Assembly: GCA_024679065.1 (NCBI GenBank)
Contig: JAGIQG010000024.1
Coordinates: 22,692,001 to 22,756,000, forward strand
Origin: Sphyrna mokarran
Taxonomy: Eukaryota
DNA length: 64,000 nt
Reading direction: 5' to 3'
Shown here one piece after another: positions 52,945 to 63,880 of the stretch. The position numbers and the translations under genes were made by a program. The notes beneath the pieces were generated by a model. The model had not been told where the DNA came from, made no database searches, and was given only the letters and a program-made list of their open reading frames with translations. The stretch's first letter is position 1. Each line of letters opens with the position of its first letter.

Positions 52945-53262
52945 AAGTTCAAAGTTTCAAAGTTCTTTTTAAATTAGTGTCACAAGTAGGCTTACATTAA
53001 TACTGCAATGAAGTTACTGTGAAGATCCCCTAGTTGCCACTCTCCGACGCCTGTTCGGGTACACCGAGGGAGAATTTAGCATGGCCAATGCATCTAACCA
53101 GCACGTCTTTTAGACTGTGGGAGGAAGCTGGAGAACTTAGAGAAAACCCACGCAGAGACAGGAAGAATGTATAAACTCCACAGAGACAGTAACCAAGGCT
53201 GGGGATCGTACCCGACTCCCGGACACTGTGAGACAGTGATGCTAACCACTGTGCCACTATGG
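52945..53262 (-). mobile_element. V-SINE, tail B (well preserved, CpGs retained)
   Basis: ttagtgtcacaagtaggcttacattaatactgcaatgaagttactgtgaagatcccctagttgccactctccgacgcctgttcgggtacaccgagggagaatttagcatggcc...; an isolated plus-strand tail B lies at about 52698-52772. Confidence 0.9.
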
Positions 53263-56014
53263 ATTGTATTATATTTACAGTTACATGTATTGTAGAGTTG
53301 TGCACAATTGAATAAACAATGTTATAGAAATAATTCTTCTTGATCATAGTTGTCTGGACAGAGTAGAATATGGAGAAACTGTTACTTTTGGTGGAAGGAT
53401 TGGGAACCAGAGGAGGCAGTTTCAAATAAAAGAAGCAATGGCAACATAGTAGGAACAACTTTCTCACAGTGAGTGATTAGGATCTGGAATGTACTGCCTG
53501 AGAGTATAAGGGAGGTTTTTTTTAAAAGGGAACTGAATTGTTATCTGAAAAGGCAAATTTTTGCAGGGTTATGGCAACAAGCAGTTCTTTCAGAGGTTTA
53601 GCCCAGACACAACAGACTGATTGACCTCCTTCTGATTTCATTTGATTTATTGTCACGTGTGTTGGTATGCAGTGAAAAATATTGTTTCATGCATGCAATA
53701 CAGACAAAGCATAGAGATCAGAGGGGAGAAAGAAAGGACATGGTGTAGAATGTATAGTACAGTGGTTCTACGATTTGCACGATCCAACATTAGGCAGTTT
53801 TTAAAAGTTCCAAAGAGGTGTTCCTTCAAAAGCTGTGCAAAATACCCAATTTGCCAATCCTAAACCTCTTGTGAGAAGCTAGATAAGGGTAAAATTCAGA
53901 ATCTGCATGTGAAGTACTTGTAGCCCTTTTACTGACCCATTCACTTCAAGCACATCTGTCAAGTGGAAATACTGGATTGTGTAATCATTCTGTACTGTCC
54001 CCCTCCTCAGATGGAGGGCACTGCATGGACACATCCCTCTCCCCCTCCGGAAGGGCAGGAACTTTGTTACACACACTGCAGGGAAATTGGAAAATTAGTT
54101 CTTGCCAGGGGGGTTCTCATTTTGAATCTCATGATATCTTGTGCCCACATTGTTGCTTATGGTCATGGTGAATATAGGTGCAAAATTGTGGCACTCGCAT
54201 TAGCTATGGCTATCAGCTCGCACTGCCTTCTCACCACATGTCTGGAGAGCCTCCTGATTCCCGTAGACATAAGAGAGCTTTCCTATTTTTCATATCGTCT
54301 CTCATGGCCTTCGTCCAGAATCTGTACAACACGGAACTCGCTCTCCGCTGCGTTTTGCCATTCTTCAATGTTTGTGGACATCCAGCCAACATGCATCTCC
54401 CATTTACGAGCCTCGAGTGTGTTAACCGTGGGAGTGGGGCGCGGAGATACTAGCTGGCCAATCCCGGGCCCAATACTGAAAAGTGAAATCACGATTTCCA
54501 TATTGTAATCAGCTCCTGCGCTGATTTCCGGCATGGAGATAGTTACGCTGGAAATTTCAGTCTAGGTGACACCCAGTGGAAAAGCCACAGTACAACTCCC
54601 GCTGATGTCTCCCAACCTGGTGCAGTACTTGAGCAGTGCAGCAGGCTAGAGAATCGCCCCCAACATGTCTTTATCCACTGGAACTCAATCTAATCAGATT
54701 TCTACATCATTTATAGTTGTAAATAGCCTTCAAGCTTCGAAATAGTCAGGGAAACTCCCAGTCTCTGTGGTGTAATGCTGCTGAAAAGCTCAAAAGGATT
54801 GGGGAGAAATTACTCCCTTCTGATAAATTTCTCCCATCATCTTGATGACATCTGACCTTTCTATGCTCCTTGCTGCTGAAAGCAAAACATGCATCACACT
54901 AAGATTGTGTTTCCAGGAAACACAGTGTTTCTCACAGTTCATCGAGAACTGAGAAACCGGCTTAGAGTAAAGGTGGAGAATTCTAAACGGATCACAACAA
55001 GTACTGATATCATACTAATGCATATATCACATGATCTGCGTAACAGCAGTCACAACCTAAACAGTGGGAATCAGATTCACCCCATCAGATGTAAAATTAG
55101 CACTGCGCTACATAATACAAATATGATATTTTCAGTCCAGTGATTGGGTTCTAGCGAAGCAAGTTCTTCCATCAATCTCACCTGTACATCTTTTGGAAAT
55201 GAAGGGGCAATTTTAGTTTGGCCAATCCACCCAACTTACACATCTTTGTCCAGTGCGAGAAAACTGCAGCAGCCAAAGATAGAGAGAGAGAAGGTGCAGA
55301 CTCCACACAGTCACCCAAAGCCTGAATTGAGCCTGGGTCCCTGGTGCTGTGAAGCAGCAATGCCACAAAGAAAGCGTAGACCAAGAGTTTAGTAACAGGG
55401 AGGCCAGGTAATTGCAGGGATGGACACTGATGCAAAGGTTTAAAAATTAGTTTCAACATCAGAGCAGATGTGTGAGGAAGTGGAGTTTGGAAGTGAGCAG
55501 CATGCCAAGATTCCATAACTCCCAATTAAAACAAAGGTGGCAGATGTGAAAACTGGTGGAGTCACATTAATTATATATTTATTGTATGTTTAATTGTATG
55601 CAAGTGGTGGGTATTAACTCTGGATTCACTTGTGCTCCTGTCAATCAGAAAGGTTGGTTCAAAATCGGAAAGAGTATTGCTTGAGCGGCTCAATTAGCAG
55701 AGATCTCAGACAGGATTCCACCCCTCTCTCCCCCACCCCACTCCCCCAATTCCTCTGGTCTCTTCCCCATGGTCTATTAGCCAGCAGCAAGATCTTTCAG
55801 AAAATTTTGGCCCTTGTACCTGAGCTGAAGTTTCTGGGTTCAAGTCCCACTCCAGGGCATGTTGTCCATGGAATGAGTGTTCGTGTATTTCACTAGAGGC
55901 CATTTCAAGTGGGGCATTTGATTAGTAATGGATTTTCAAAAAGATATAAATTTGAACAGTCTGAAACTGCGGTGATTGGGTTAGAAGATGTATGTTTCTA
56001 ATATAGGTTTTCTT

Positions 56015-56525
56015 AAATTCATTCATGGGACAGTGGCATCGTTGACTGATCAACATTATTGCCCACCCCCAGTTGCTCTCGAGAAGGTGGTTGTGAGCTG
56101 CCTTCTTGAATCGCTGCAGTCTGTATGTTGTGTGTTGACCCACAATGTTGTTAAGGAATTCCAGAATTTTGACCCAGTAACTGTGAAGAAATGGTGATAT
56201 ATTTCCAAGTCAGGTTGGTGAGTAGCTTAGAGGGGAACTTACAGGTGGTAGTGTCCCATATATCTGCTGCCCTTGTCCTTCTAGATGGACGTGGTTGTGG
56301 GTTTGGAAGGTACTGTCTAAGGATCTTTGATGAATTGCTGAAGTTCATCTTGTAGATAGTACACACTGCTGCTACTGAGCATGGGTGTTGAAGGGATTGG
56401 ATATGGTACCAAACAGGCTGCTTTGTCCTGAATATTGTCAAGTGTTGGAGCTGCACCCATCCAGGCAAGTAGGGAATATTCCATCACACTCCTGACTTGT
56501 GCCTTGTAGATGGTGGACAGGGTTT
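56015..56525 (-). mobile_element. LINE 3' fragment (partner of the 'gggcaataaatg' SINE)
   Basis: ORF 56151-56468 VAAVCTIYKMNFSNSSKILRQYLPNPQPRPSRRTRAA...TTTCKFPSK..LTWKYI; its 3' end ccaccttctcgagagcaactggggg tgggcaataatg is shared with the SINE tails. Confidence 0.75.
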
Positions 56526-57429
56526 GTAAACTTGAACTCCAGTTTTATCTTTGACCACTGGGCTCTACAAAGTCAGGGAAAGAAGGTAGATGATGAATGC
56601 TTGAGAATCTGGGATGGACCTCTCAGGTATGGCCAAGGGGATTGCACAGGCAGAGAAGGAGCATCAGAAAGCTTATTTTTGAATGCAAGTTTTAATTAAA
56701 AATGTGGACTAAAATTGCATCATGTCATATCTCTTGAAAAATCTCAAAGCATTTCACATCCAATGAATGACTTAAAGTGCAATGGCTCCAGTTAAACAGG
56801 TAAATACAACAGTTACTTTGCACATCAAGATCCAACAAACAACAGTGTGATAAATGGCCACTCTGCTGTGATGGTATTATCTATGGGATAGATATTGAAC
56901 AGAACCAGGATAATTTGCTTTTTACTTTAATGTTGGATCTTTATTGTTCACCTTACCTAACAGAGCAGGCAACTGACTATCTAACCTCAGGGACAACATT
57001 TTAACAGAACTGCATCAACTCAAAAATGTATCAGAGTGATGGCTTACCACATATATTCAAATACTGGAGTGGGGCTTGCATCTCTTGGCATCATTTAGCT
57101 TTGGGAGATGAGTATAAAAATACTTTCCTTTGTAAGCAATCAATATTAACGTACCTTTTACAGATCCGATAACATTTCAGATCAATTTGGTAAAAGTGGT
57201 TCAGAAGAGCATTGCAAAAGCTTGTCCTGTCATTCACTTATAAAAACTGTGCTTGCATTACGAAAGTTTTGAACCTATGTTTTGTTTTCTTGTAGTGCAA
57301 TTAGTGATGGTGGGGCTTGAGCTAGAAGATCACTTCACATTTTCAGCTCTACGTCCATGAATCTGATATGATATTGCCATCATACTGTAGATATCCGGGA
57401 AACTTGTGTCCCTTCTCCGAGCCACTTAC

Positions 57430-57555
57430 CTGGGTGGAGCCAGGATATCCTCAAGGAATTCCTCAATCTTATTGACATCGGTTTTCACCTCTCCATTGAA
57501 GGTTATGAATGGGGGGTGTGTTCCCGGAGCCAGATTTTGCAGATCAGCGGGTTTC
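57430..57555 (-). CDS. CLIC4: CLIC4 internal coding exon (equivalent to human exon 3), 126 bp
   Basis: Minus strand translates (R)[41 protein letters not shown](R), near-identical to recalled human CLIC4 [42 protein letters not shown]. Flanked by ...ctcaacAG acceptor and GTaagt donor. Not in the ORF track; read manually. Confidence 0.97.
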
Positions 57556-57937
57556 CTGTTGAGTTAGAAAGACAGAGAATCAGTTACCATCAGCAAAATA
57601 ACTGGATAGCTGCAATACATCATGAAATCCATAGAGAGGGAACAGAGTATTCGCACAGTGGGCAATGCAGCAATCTGTGTTAGTGTCTCACAAACAGACC
57701 AGGCAAGGCCCTGGTTCCTTCGTGTTGCATTCCATTGATGCATTGAGCTCTGCCACGTGATCCATTACTTGACACCTGCTGGCAACACTGGCCAGCTTCC
57801 TCTGCCAGCCACCATCTGTCCCTGACACTGAGCAACATCCAACAAAAGAAAACATGGAGATATTCTATCTTGATACTGTAGTGTGACAGGACTGTCACTA
57901 TAGAATGATTCTACTTTTAATTTTTCAAGGATATTTG

Positions 57938-58240
57938 GGGTGGCACAGTGGTTGGCACTGCTGCCTCACATCACCAGGGACTTGAGTTCAATTACAGCCT
58001 CAGATGATTGTGCGGAGTTTTCATATTCATAGCATGACTGCATGGGTTTTCTCCTACACTCCAAAATGTGCAGGGTTAGATGCATTGGCTATGCTAAATT
58101 GCATTTAGTGTCAGGGGGATTAACAAAATAAATACATGCGGTTGTGGGGATGGGATCTGTGTGGATTGTTGATGGTGCAGGCTCAAAGGACCAAATGGCC
58201 TCCTTCTGCACTGTAGGGATTCTATGATTGTTCTATGATC
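57938..58240 (+). mobile_element. V-SINE (HE1-like), CR1 tail
   Basis: gtggcacagtggttggcactgctgcctcac...gagttcaatt...aatggcctccttctgcactgtagggattctatga. Confidence 0.88.
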
Positions 58241-59196
58241 TCTGGAGTTAGATGGGAGCACAGCGAGAAAAGGGGTAAGTAGCAAAGAGTCACAAGGACC
58301 CTGCATGTTTCTAGTTGCTGTTTCTTCAAGACTACTTTACACAATGCAAAAGCAGTATTAAAGAGGCCTATGTATATCCTATAAATGGTGGGTAATAATA
58401 AAAGCATTGTTCACGTGACATAATGCAAAATATAGGACCTTGTAATTTGGAAGGTCTCAGTGCTGCCAATGTTTGTGAAAAAGAATACTATTTAAGTAAT
58501 GTACTGAAAAAAGGAACTCAAAAGAAAAATCAATTCACCAGTTTAATTGTAATCAGCAGACTTCACATTATAGAAGAATAATTATTTTCAAGAAGTTGTA
58601 AATATTCCATTTGTTTTAATTGTTAATTCTTCCCCATGAATTTTAATTTGCATCGTTAAATTGATTTGCCTCTGTTCTCCGATAATATAACTGTACTAAG
58701 GATAGGGTACACATGGTTAAAGGCATTGGGACACCCCCACATTTAAAAAGGGAAGTATTGCATTCTTCAAAGAAAGCACGCCAGAGTTAGCTTGAAAACA
58801 TTTGATCAAGAGTTGCAGGTACATGAAAAGAATCTAGAGATGGTCGCAGAATGGTCAGTTTAAAAGGACCCAATGAAAGATGAGAGGAAGTCGAATCAGA
58901 ACTATGGTAAGACACGATAGCGGCAATCTTTCTTTCAATGTGCCTTATGGGACATCCAGAGATAAACTGCGAGTGGTGAATCACTGAATTTTTCTGGTCT
59001 GGACACCATCTCAGCCCAGATCCACATCACCAGAGCTTTCAATAGGGCTGCAGAATAGAAATATAAATGCAGCTCAACGCCTCTTCTTGAACGCCAGTAT
59101 GGAGCTGTGCTGACTGTTTCCATCAAGCATATCAAAACTGCAGCATCTGCTTCTTCCAATACTTCAATGGGCTGGATTTTATCGGATGTGCGTCCG

Positions 59197-59338
59197 CTCT
59201 TGCTTGCCCCAAAAAACAATTAGAATTGAATTCAATTCATGGTCCCCACAAGAGAGACATACAAGATCTAGACTGACAAGAAAAGGTATTGCACCTGACC
59301 TTGGGCTTATCTGACATTTGATCTTAGCCAAAAAGGCC
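59197..59338 (-). pseudogene. U2 snRNA-derived sequence with a 22-nt insertion in the branch-point recognition region
   Basis: Minus strand ggcctttttggctaagatcaaatgtcag[ataagcccaaggtcaggtgcaa]taccttttcttgtcagtctagatcttgtatgtctctcttgtggggaccatgaattg...gttttttggggcaagcaagag aligns to recalled U2 GGCCTTTTGGCTAAGATCAAGTGTAG|TATCTGTTCTTATCAGTTTAATATCTGATACGTCCTCTATCCGAGGACAAT...GGATTTTTGGAGCAGGGAG. Confidence 0.8.
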
Positions 59339-60159
59339 ATGGGGACCTGGCCTTAACCTAGTTGCCCTCCATATGTTAGTAGCTTGCAAGCATTTGCCAT
59401 TTCAGACTTACTCTTGAGCTCCAATAATGCCTTTATAAACGAACATCAGCAAAGTCAATATCAGGATGATATTCAGTGGAGGAGTTATTGGAAAGTTGCC
59501 TGTTCACAAACATATTTACAGTTCAGCAAAGCATAGCTTACCGAGAAGGGGTAGTGGAATTAAGTGAAAGGATCAGTCCTAATTTGCAATTGAAATTCAT
59601 TGATTTAGAAACCTGACAAGTTACAGACTTTAATCTGAGCCCTAGTCTCCAGTCCTCCAAATCTATTTTGACATGTGTGCCTGGAGTTGAAAATTAATAT
59701 TTTATCCATGCAGGTGTACTTAAAATCTGACAATGGATATTTTATTGCTTAGCACCAGGGTTCAGATAGTCATTTCATAATGACCAAATTCTTCTTGTTA
59801 GCTCTGTACAAGCGGTTTGTGTGTACCGCAATGTAATTGACAATTAGTCTGTGATGTCACTAATTAGGAAACTCCTACCCTGTTCAAAGTACATTTTAAA
59901 CATTGATCAGCTTTTATTTTCATCATGCAAATGACCGTGTTTTTAAAAAGACAGCAAAAATAATTCTAAAACGGCAACTGAGATCACAGAAGGATCACAG
60001 AGGGAAAGATCAACAGGGAAATTAAAGACTGAACACACAGCTAGAAAATATTCAGGAAGATTAAGCAGAGACAAAGAAACAAGTGGCATCACAATCAGTT
60101 GAAAGGTAAGTTCTAGCATGTATTGAAAATTTATTTTTAAACATTAAATAACTCTAAAA

Positions 60160-60742
60160 TAGTACAGCAGCCAGTAAAGGGGGTAAATGGTATGCTGGCC
60201 TTCATAGAGAGAAGATTCGAATATAGGAATAGTTTTACTGCAATTGTATAGGGCGTTGGTGAGGCCATACCTGGAGTGTTGGGTGCAGTTTTGGTGTCCT
60301 TATCTGAGGAAAGATGTCTTTGCTACAGAGACAGTGCAGCAAAGGTTTACCAGGCTGATTCCTGGGATGGCAGGTCTGTCATATGGAAACTAAATAGGTT
60401 AGGATTATATTCAGTGGAGCTCAGAAGAGTGAGTGGGGATCTCAAGAAGCTTATAAAATTCTAATAGCATTAAACATTCAGAAAGGTTGTTCCCAATGGT
60501 GGGGGAGTCCGGAACTAGGGGTCATACTTTGAGGATAAGGGGTGAACCTTTTTGGAAGGAATTGAGGAGAAATTTCTTCACCCAGAGGGTGGAGAATGTG
60601 TGGAATTAAGAAGAAATCAGGATATTGCTCTTGGGACTAAAGAAATCAGGATATTGAATTTGATGATCAGCCATGATCAAAATGAATGGCGTTGCAGAAT
60701 CAAAGGGCTGAATGACCTACTGCTGCTTCTCGTTTCTATCTG
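60160..60742 (+). mobile_element. CR1 LINE 3' fragment
   Basis: LLQLYRALVRPYLECWVQFWCPYLR..., LNRLGLYSVELRRVSGDL, actaggggtcatactttgaggataagg; CR1 3' UTR. Confidence 0.88.
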
Positions 60743-60849
60743 AAGTTAGCAGCTAGTTTTTGGCAGTTTGTGAGGGAAAATTAAAGGGAATATTCACGAA
60801 TGGGTGGAGACTATATGATTAGTCCTGTTCCCACAAATTCTTATCCTGC

Positions 60850-61495
60850 ACTAGTTTTTGGAGACAATTCTGAGCAACTTTGTGACACAGGACTCTGTGT
60901 TCTAAGGGCATTTCCAAGGGATATGCATCGAGATAAACATCAGCTGCGGCTGAAAGATCACCACCTCGGTGAAAGATGCCCTTTGGTCCGCCTGAAACTT
61001 GGTCTTCCAGTACAAAGAGATGTCCCTGACCGAGTGTTGCAGACTGGCACATTCCAAAGCCCAGGACCACATGCTGAGGGATGCACTAAAGATTGGGGCA
61101 GCTGCTGCAGAGGCACAATGGGGAAAGGTCATCCTATGTTAAAAGCAGAAATTGATAGATTCCTGATTAACAATAACGTAAAGGGTTGTGGCGGATAGTT
61201 GGGGTAAAAGGCATTAAAACCAGCCATGATCATACTGAATGGCGGAGCAGGCTGAATGGTCTGCTTCTGTTCCTATAATCTAGGCAGGCAACCTAAATAC
61301 CATTGCACGATTTGTAATGATGATTTTGAAATGCCTGTAAAGTTCGTTTGATCGTACTGAAGTCTCTGAGAGAGCAACATAATCTAAGTTGGAAACCTGA
61401 ATATTATTGCACTTTGTTTGATGGTCAGTTTGAAATGTTTGTAAATCTCTTTCAACTATTTTACAAATAAAGTACACTTTTGTAACAAAGAAAAA
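60850..61495 (+). mobile_element. Tx1/L1-group LINE 3' end, split by a CR1 tail (about 61135-61280)
   Basis: Manual frame: VTQDSVF*G...INISCG*KITTSVKDALWSA*NLVFQYKEMSLTECCRLAHSKAQDHMLRDALKIGAAAAEAQWGK, typical of the Tx1 ORF2 C-terminus (K.AIW..RN); AT-rich 3' UTR with AATAAA near 61467 and an A-rich end. Confidence 0.7.
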
Positions 61496-61879
61496 CTGCC
61501 TCTGGGGAATCTGGTACAAATGTTTTAAGCATTTATACAAAATAGCACTGGTCATAATATCCAGACATAAATATCCTATTCTTACAAACAGTTAGCCTAG
61601 ATTAATCTTGTTCACATTGTGAGACAGTTCAATACAGAAGATGACTCACAGCATGAACTGAAATATCCTTTTTGCTTTCAATATGAAAGTTTCATAATGA
61701 GCCTGGATTGTTGAGAAGCAGTTGGAACTCTTTGACATTGTCCATGGCTGGGAATTTCCAGTCCCCTGCAGTGAACAGAGATTTGGCTAAGCGCCAAATT
61801 TTCCATTCTCACTGGCAGCAGTAGCAGAGCATGAGGGTCGGAAAATTCCCATTCAACAACTTACGTTTCTGCAATTCTC

Positions 61880-62072
61880 CTTGTAGCCTCAGAGTTTCCT
61901 CCGATTTCCTTCCACAGTCCGAAAGATGTGCGGGTTAGATGGATTGCCCCTTAGTGTCAGTGGGATTTAGCTGGGGTAAGTGCATGGCGATAGGGTCTGG
62001 GTGAGATTGTGGTCTGTGCAGACTCAAATGGGACAAATGGCCTCCTTCTGCACCGTAGGATTCTGTGATCTC
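61880..62072 (+). mobile_element. V-SINE partial (core and CR1 tail)
   Basis: gtttcctccgatttccttccacagtccgaaagatgtgcgggttag...aatggcctccttctgcaccgtaggattctgtga. Confidence 0.8.
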
Positions 62073-62139
62073 AGGACACATTTGTTGTAATGAAACTTTC
62101 TTGAACACAATCTAGATAATTCATTTAGTCAGGATTTTT

Positions 62140-62190
62140 GGGTGGAGTGGAGAAGTGAGGGAGGGGGGTGGAGAAGTGAGGGGGGGGGGG
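62140..62190. repeat. G-rich direct repeat
   Basis: gtggagaagtgagggg occurs twice, followed by a poly-G run. Confidence 0.7.
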
Positions 62191-62757
62191 CGAATGTTAT
62201 GCATAATTACTGTTTCCTAAGCAGTCCTTTCGTCAAACATCTTCAAAACATGCTTCTTCTAGCTTTCAGTTTCCAATGCTGATCCATGCAATCATTAGAT
62301 CTGTACAGATGTTATCAATGGAAACATTCATATGTCAATTATCCTTTTTCTCCCTTGTGATTTTAATGATTCTTTTTCGTTGCTTTCCCCATTGACTTTC
62401 TCAGCCAGTTAACTTGTGTGGCTTTGCTGAGTCAATGCTTTAATTGGATCAATATAAGAAACATGAAACAGACTATGCCAACCTTAAATACATTCAGCAA
62501 CAGAGCACAAGTCTCTGAGTCAGAGAGCTCTGAAGATTCACAACCCTTTGAGTGAAGTAGTATCTCTCCATCTCAGTCTGAAATGATTACCTCTTCTCCT
62601 CAAACTTCACCCCAGCATGATATCCTCTGCAGTGGACTCATAGGGCAGGATGTTTTTGTCTTGCTCGGTTGAGACTAGAAATTCCCTTCCAAGATTTCTA
62701 TTGTCGGGCCTTTGCCTGCTCCGATTCCATGGAGAGTGAGATGGTAGAGTTCTTGCT

Positions 62758-63036
62758 ATGGAATCCCATCAGTGCAAAATAAGGTATTTTGACCCACTGG
62801 GCCTACACTGATAACAACCCTATTCAGAGCATATCCCCTTAGCCCCACAGGGCAATTTAGCATGGTAAATTCACCTGACTGCACAATTTAGCACGGTCAA
62901 TCCAATTCACATCTTTGGATTGTGGGAAGAAACCAGAGCACCCGGAGGAAATTCGCACAGACAGTGGCCCAAGACCGAAATTGAATCCTGGTCTCTGGCG
63001 CTGTGAGGCAGCAGTGCTAACCATTGTGCTGCCCTG
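62758..63036 (-). mobile_element. V-SINE (HE1-like), rearranged
   Basis: caatttagca(t/c)ggt.aa duplicated at about 62853 and 62884; the head ends gcagcagtgctaaccattgtgc. Confidence 0.8.
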
Positions 63037-63576
63037 AATCTCGGCAATGCTTATGCCATTCTATTTATTTTAACTATGGAATGGCAGTCTGGCCTCTTTT
63101 TGGCCACCTTTCACATTTGCATGGAATTTTAAAGAGTTCATACTAACTTTCTACATTAAAGTTGGAAAAATGCTATCTCAGCTCATAGTTCCTTTCCTTC
63201 ACTCATTCATTGTGATTTTGTTTGTCATCTCCTGAATTAAGGCTGTACAGCAGCCAGAACAATGTCCAGATTTCCTGGGGGCAAATTGGAAATTATCGCA
63301 CGTAGACATCTGCATAATTTATATACCGGCAGAATGCATATTTTTAATTACACACTTGCTTCAGTTAAGCATTATTTCTTCCTGCCTTTTTACATCCTTT
63401 ATACTTATTCCCTTTTTAGCTCCAATTACTTCAAGGTTTTTTTTTTACACAAGATTATTGTTAAACAAAACAATTCACTGAGAGCTTCCTTAATTTTGTT
63501 TTAATTATCTTCATTCAGGCAAACACCACACTCCTAGTCAGATAGTTAAAAATTTAAGTTCATAGAGTCAGTACTT

Positions 63577-63880
63577 TAGAATCATAGAATCCATACTATG
63601 TAGAAAGAGACCATTCAAGCCCATTGGGTCTGCACTGACAACAATCCCACCCAGGCCCTATCCCTGTAACCACACGTATTTACCTTGCTAATCCCTCTAA
63701 CCTAAACATCCTGGGAGGTAAGGGGCAATTTAGCATGGCCAATGCACCTAACCCACACATCTTTGGACTGTGGGAGGAAACCCACGCACATGGGGAGAAC
63801 ATGCAAACTCTACACGAGGCCAGAATTGAACCCAGGTCCCTGACACTGTGAGGCATCAGTGCTAACCACTGTTTCCACCC
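63577..63880 (-). mobile_element. V-SINE (HE1-like), CR1 tail
   Basis: Complete head/core/tail. Confidence 0.88.

Noticed and set aside
53030-53467. Recurring short ORFs with GHCLCGVCTFSLC / MANPPNLHIFGL motifs
   Set aside because: These are translations of the V-SINE core, not a gene family.
53963-54508. Longest ORF in the track (181 aa), with overlapping ORFs on both strands
   Set aside because: No recognisable domain; lies in a GC-rich transposon-like island ending gagaatcgcccc; overlapping frames reflect low stop density.
59197-59338. Functional U2 snRNA gene
   Set aside because: The first ~10 nt and the 3' stem-loops are missing, the branch-point motif is disrupted and there are many substitutions; treated as a derived sequence.
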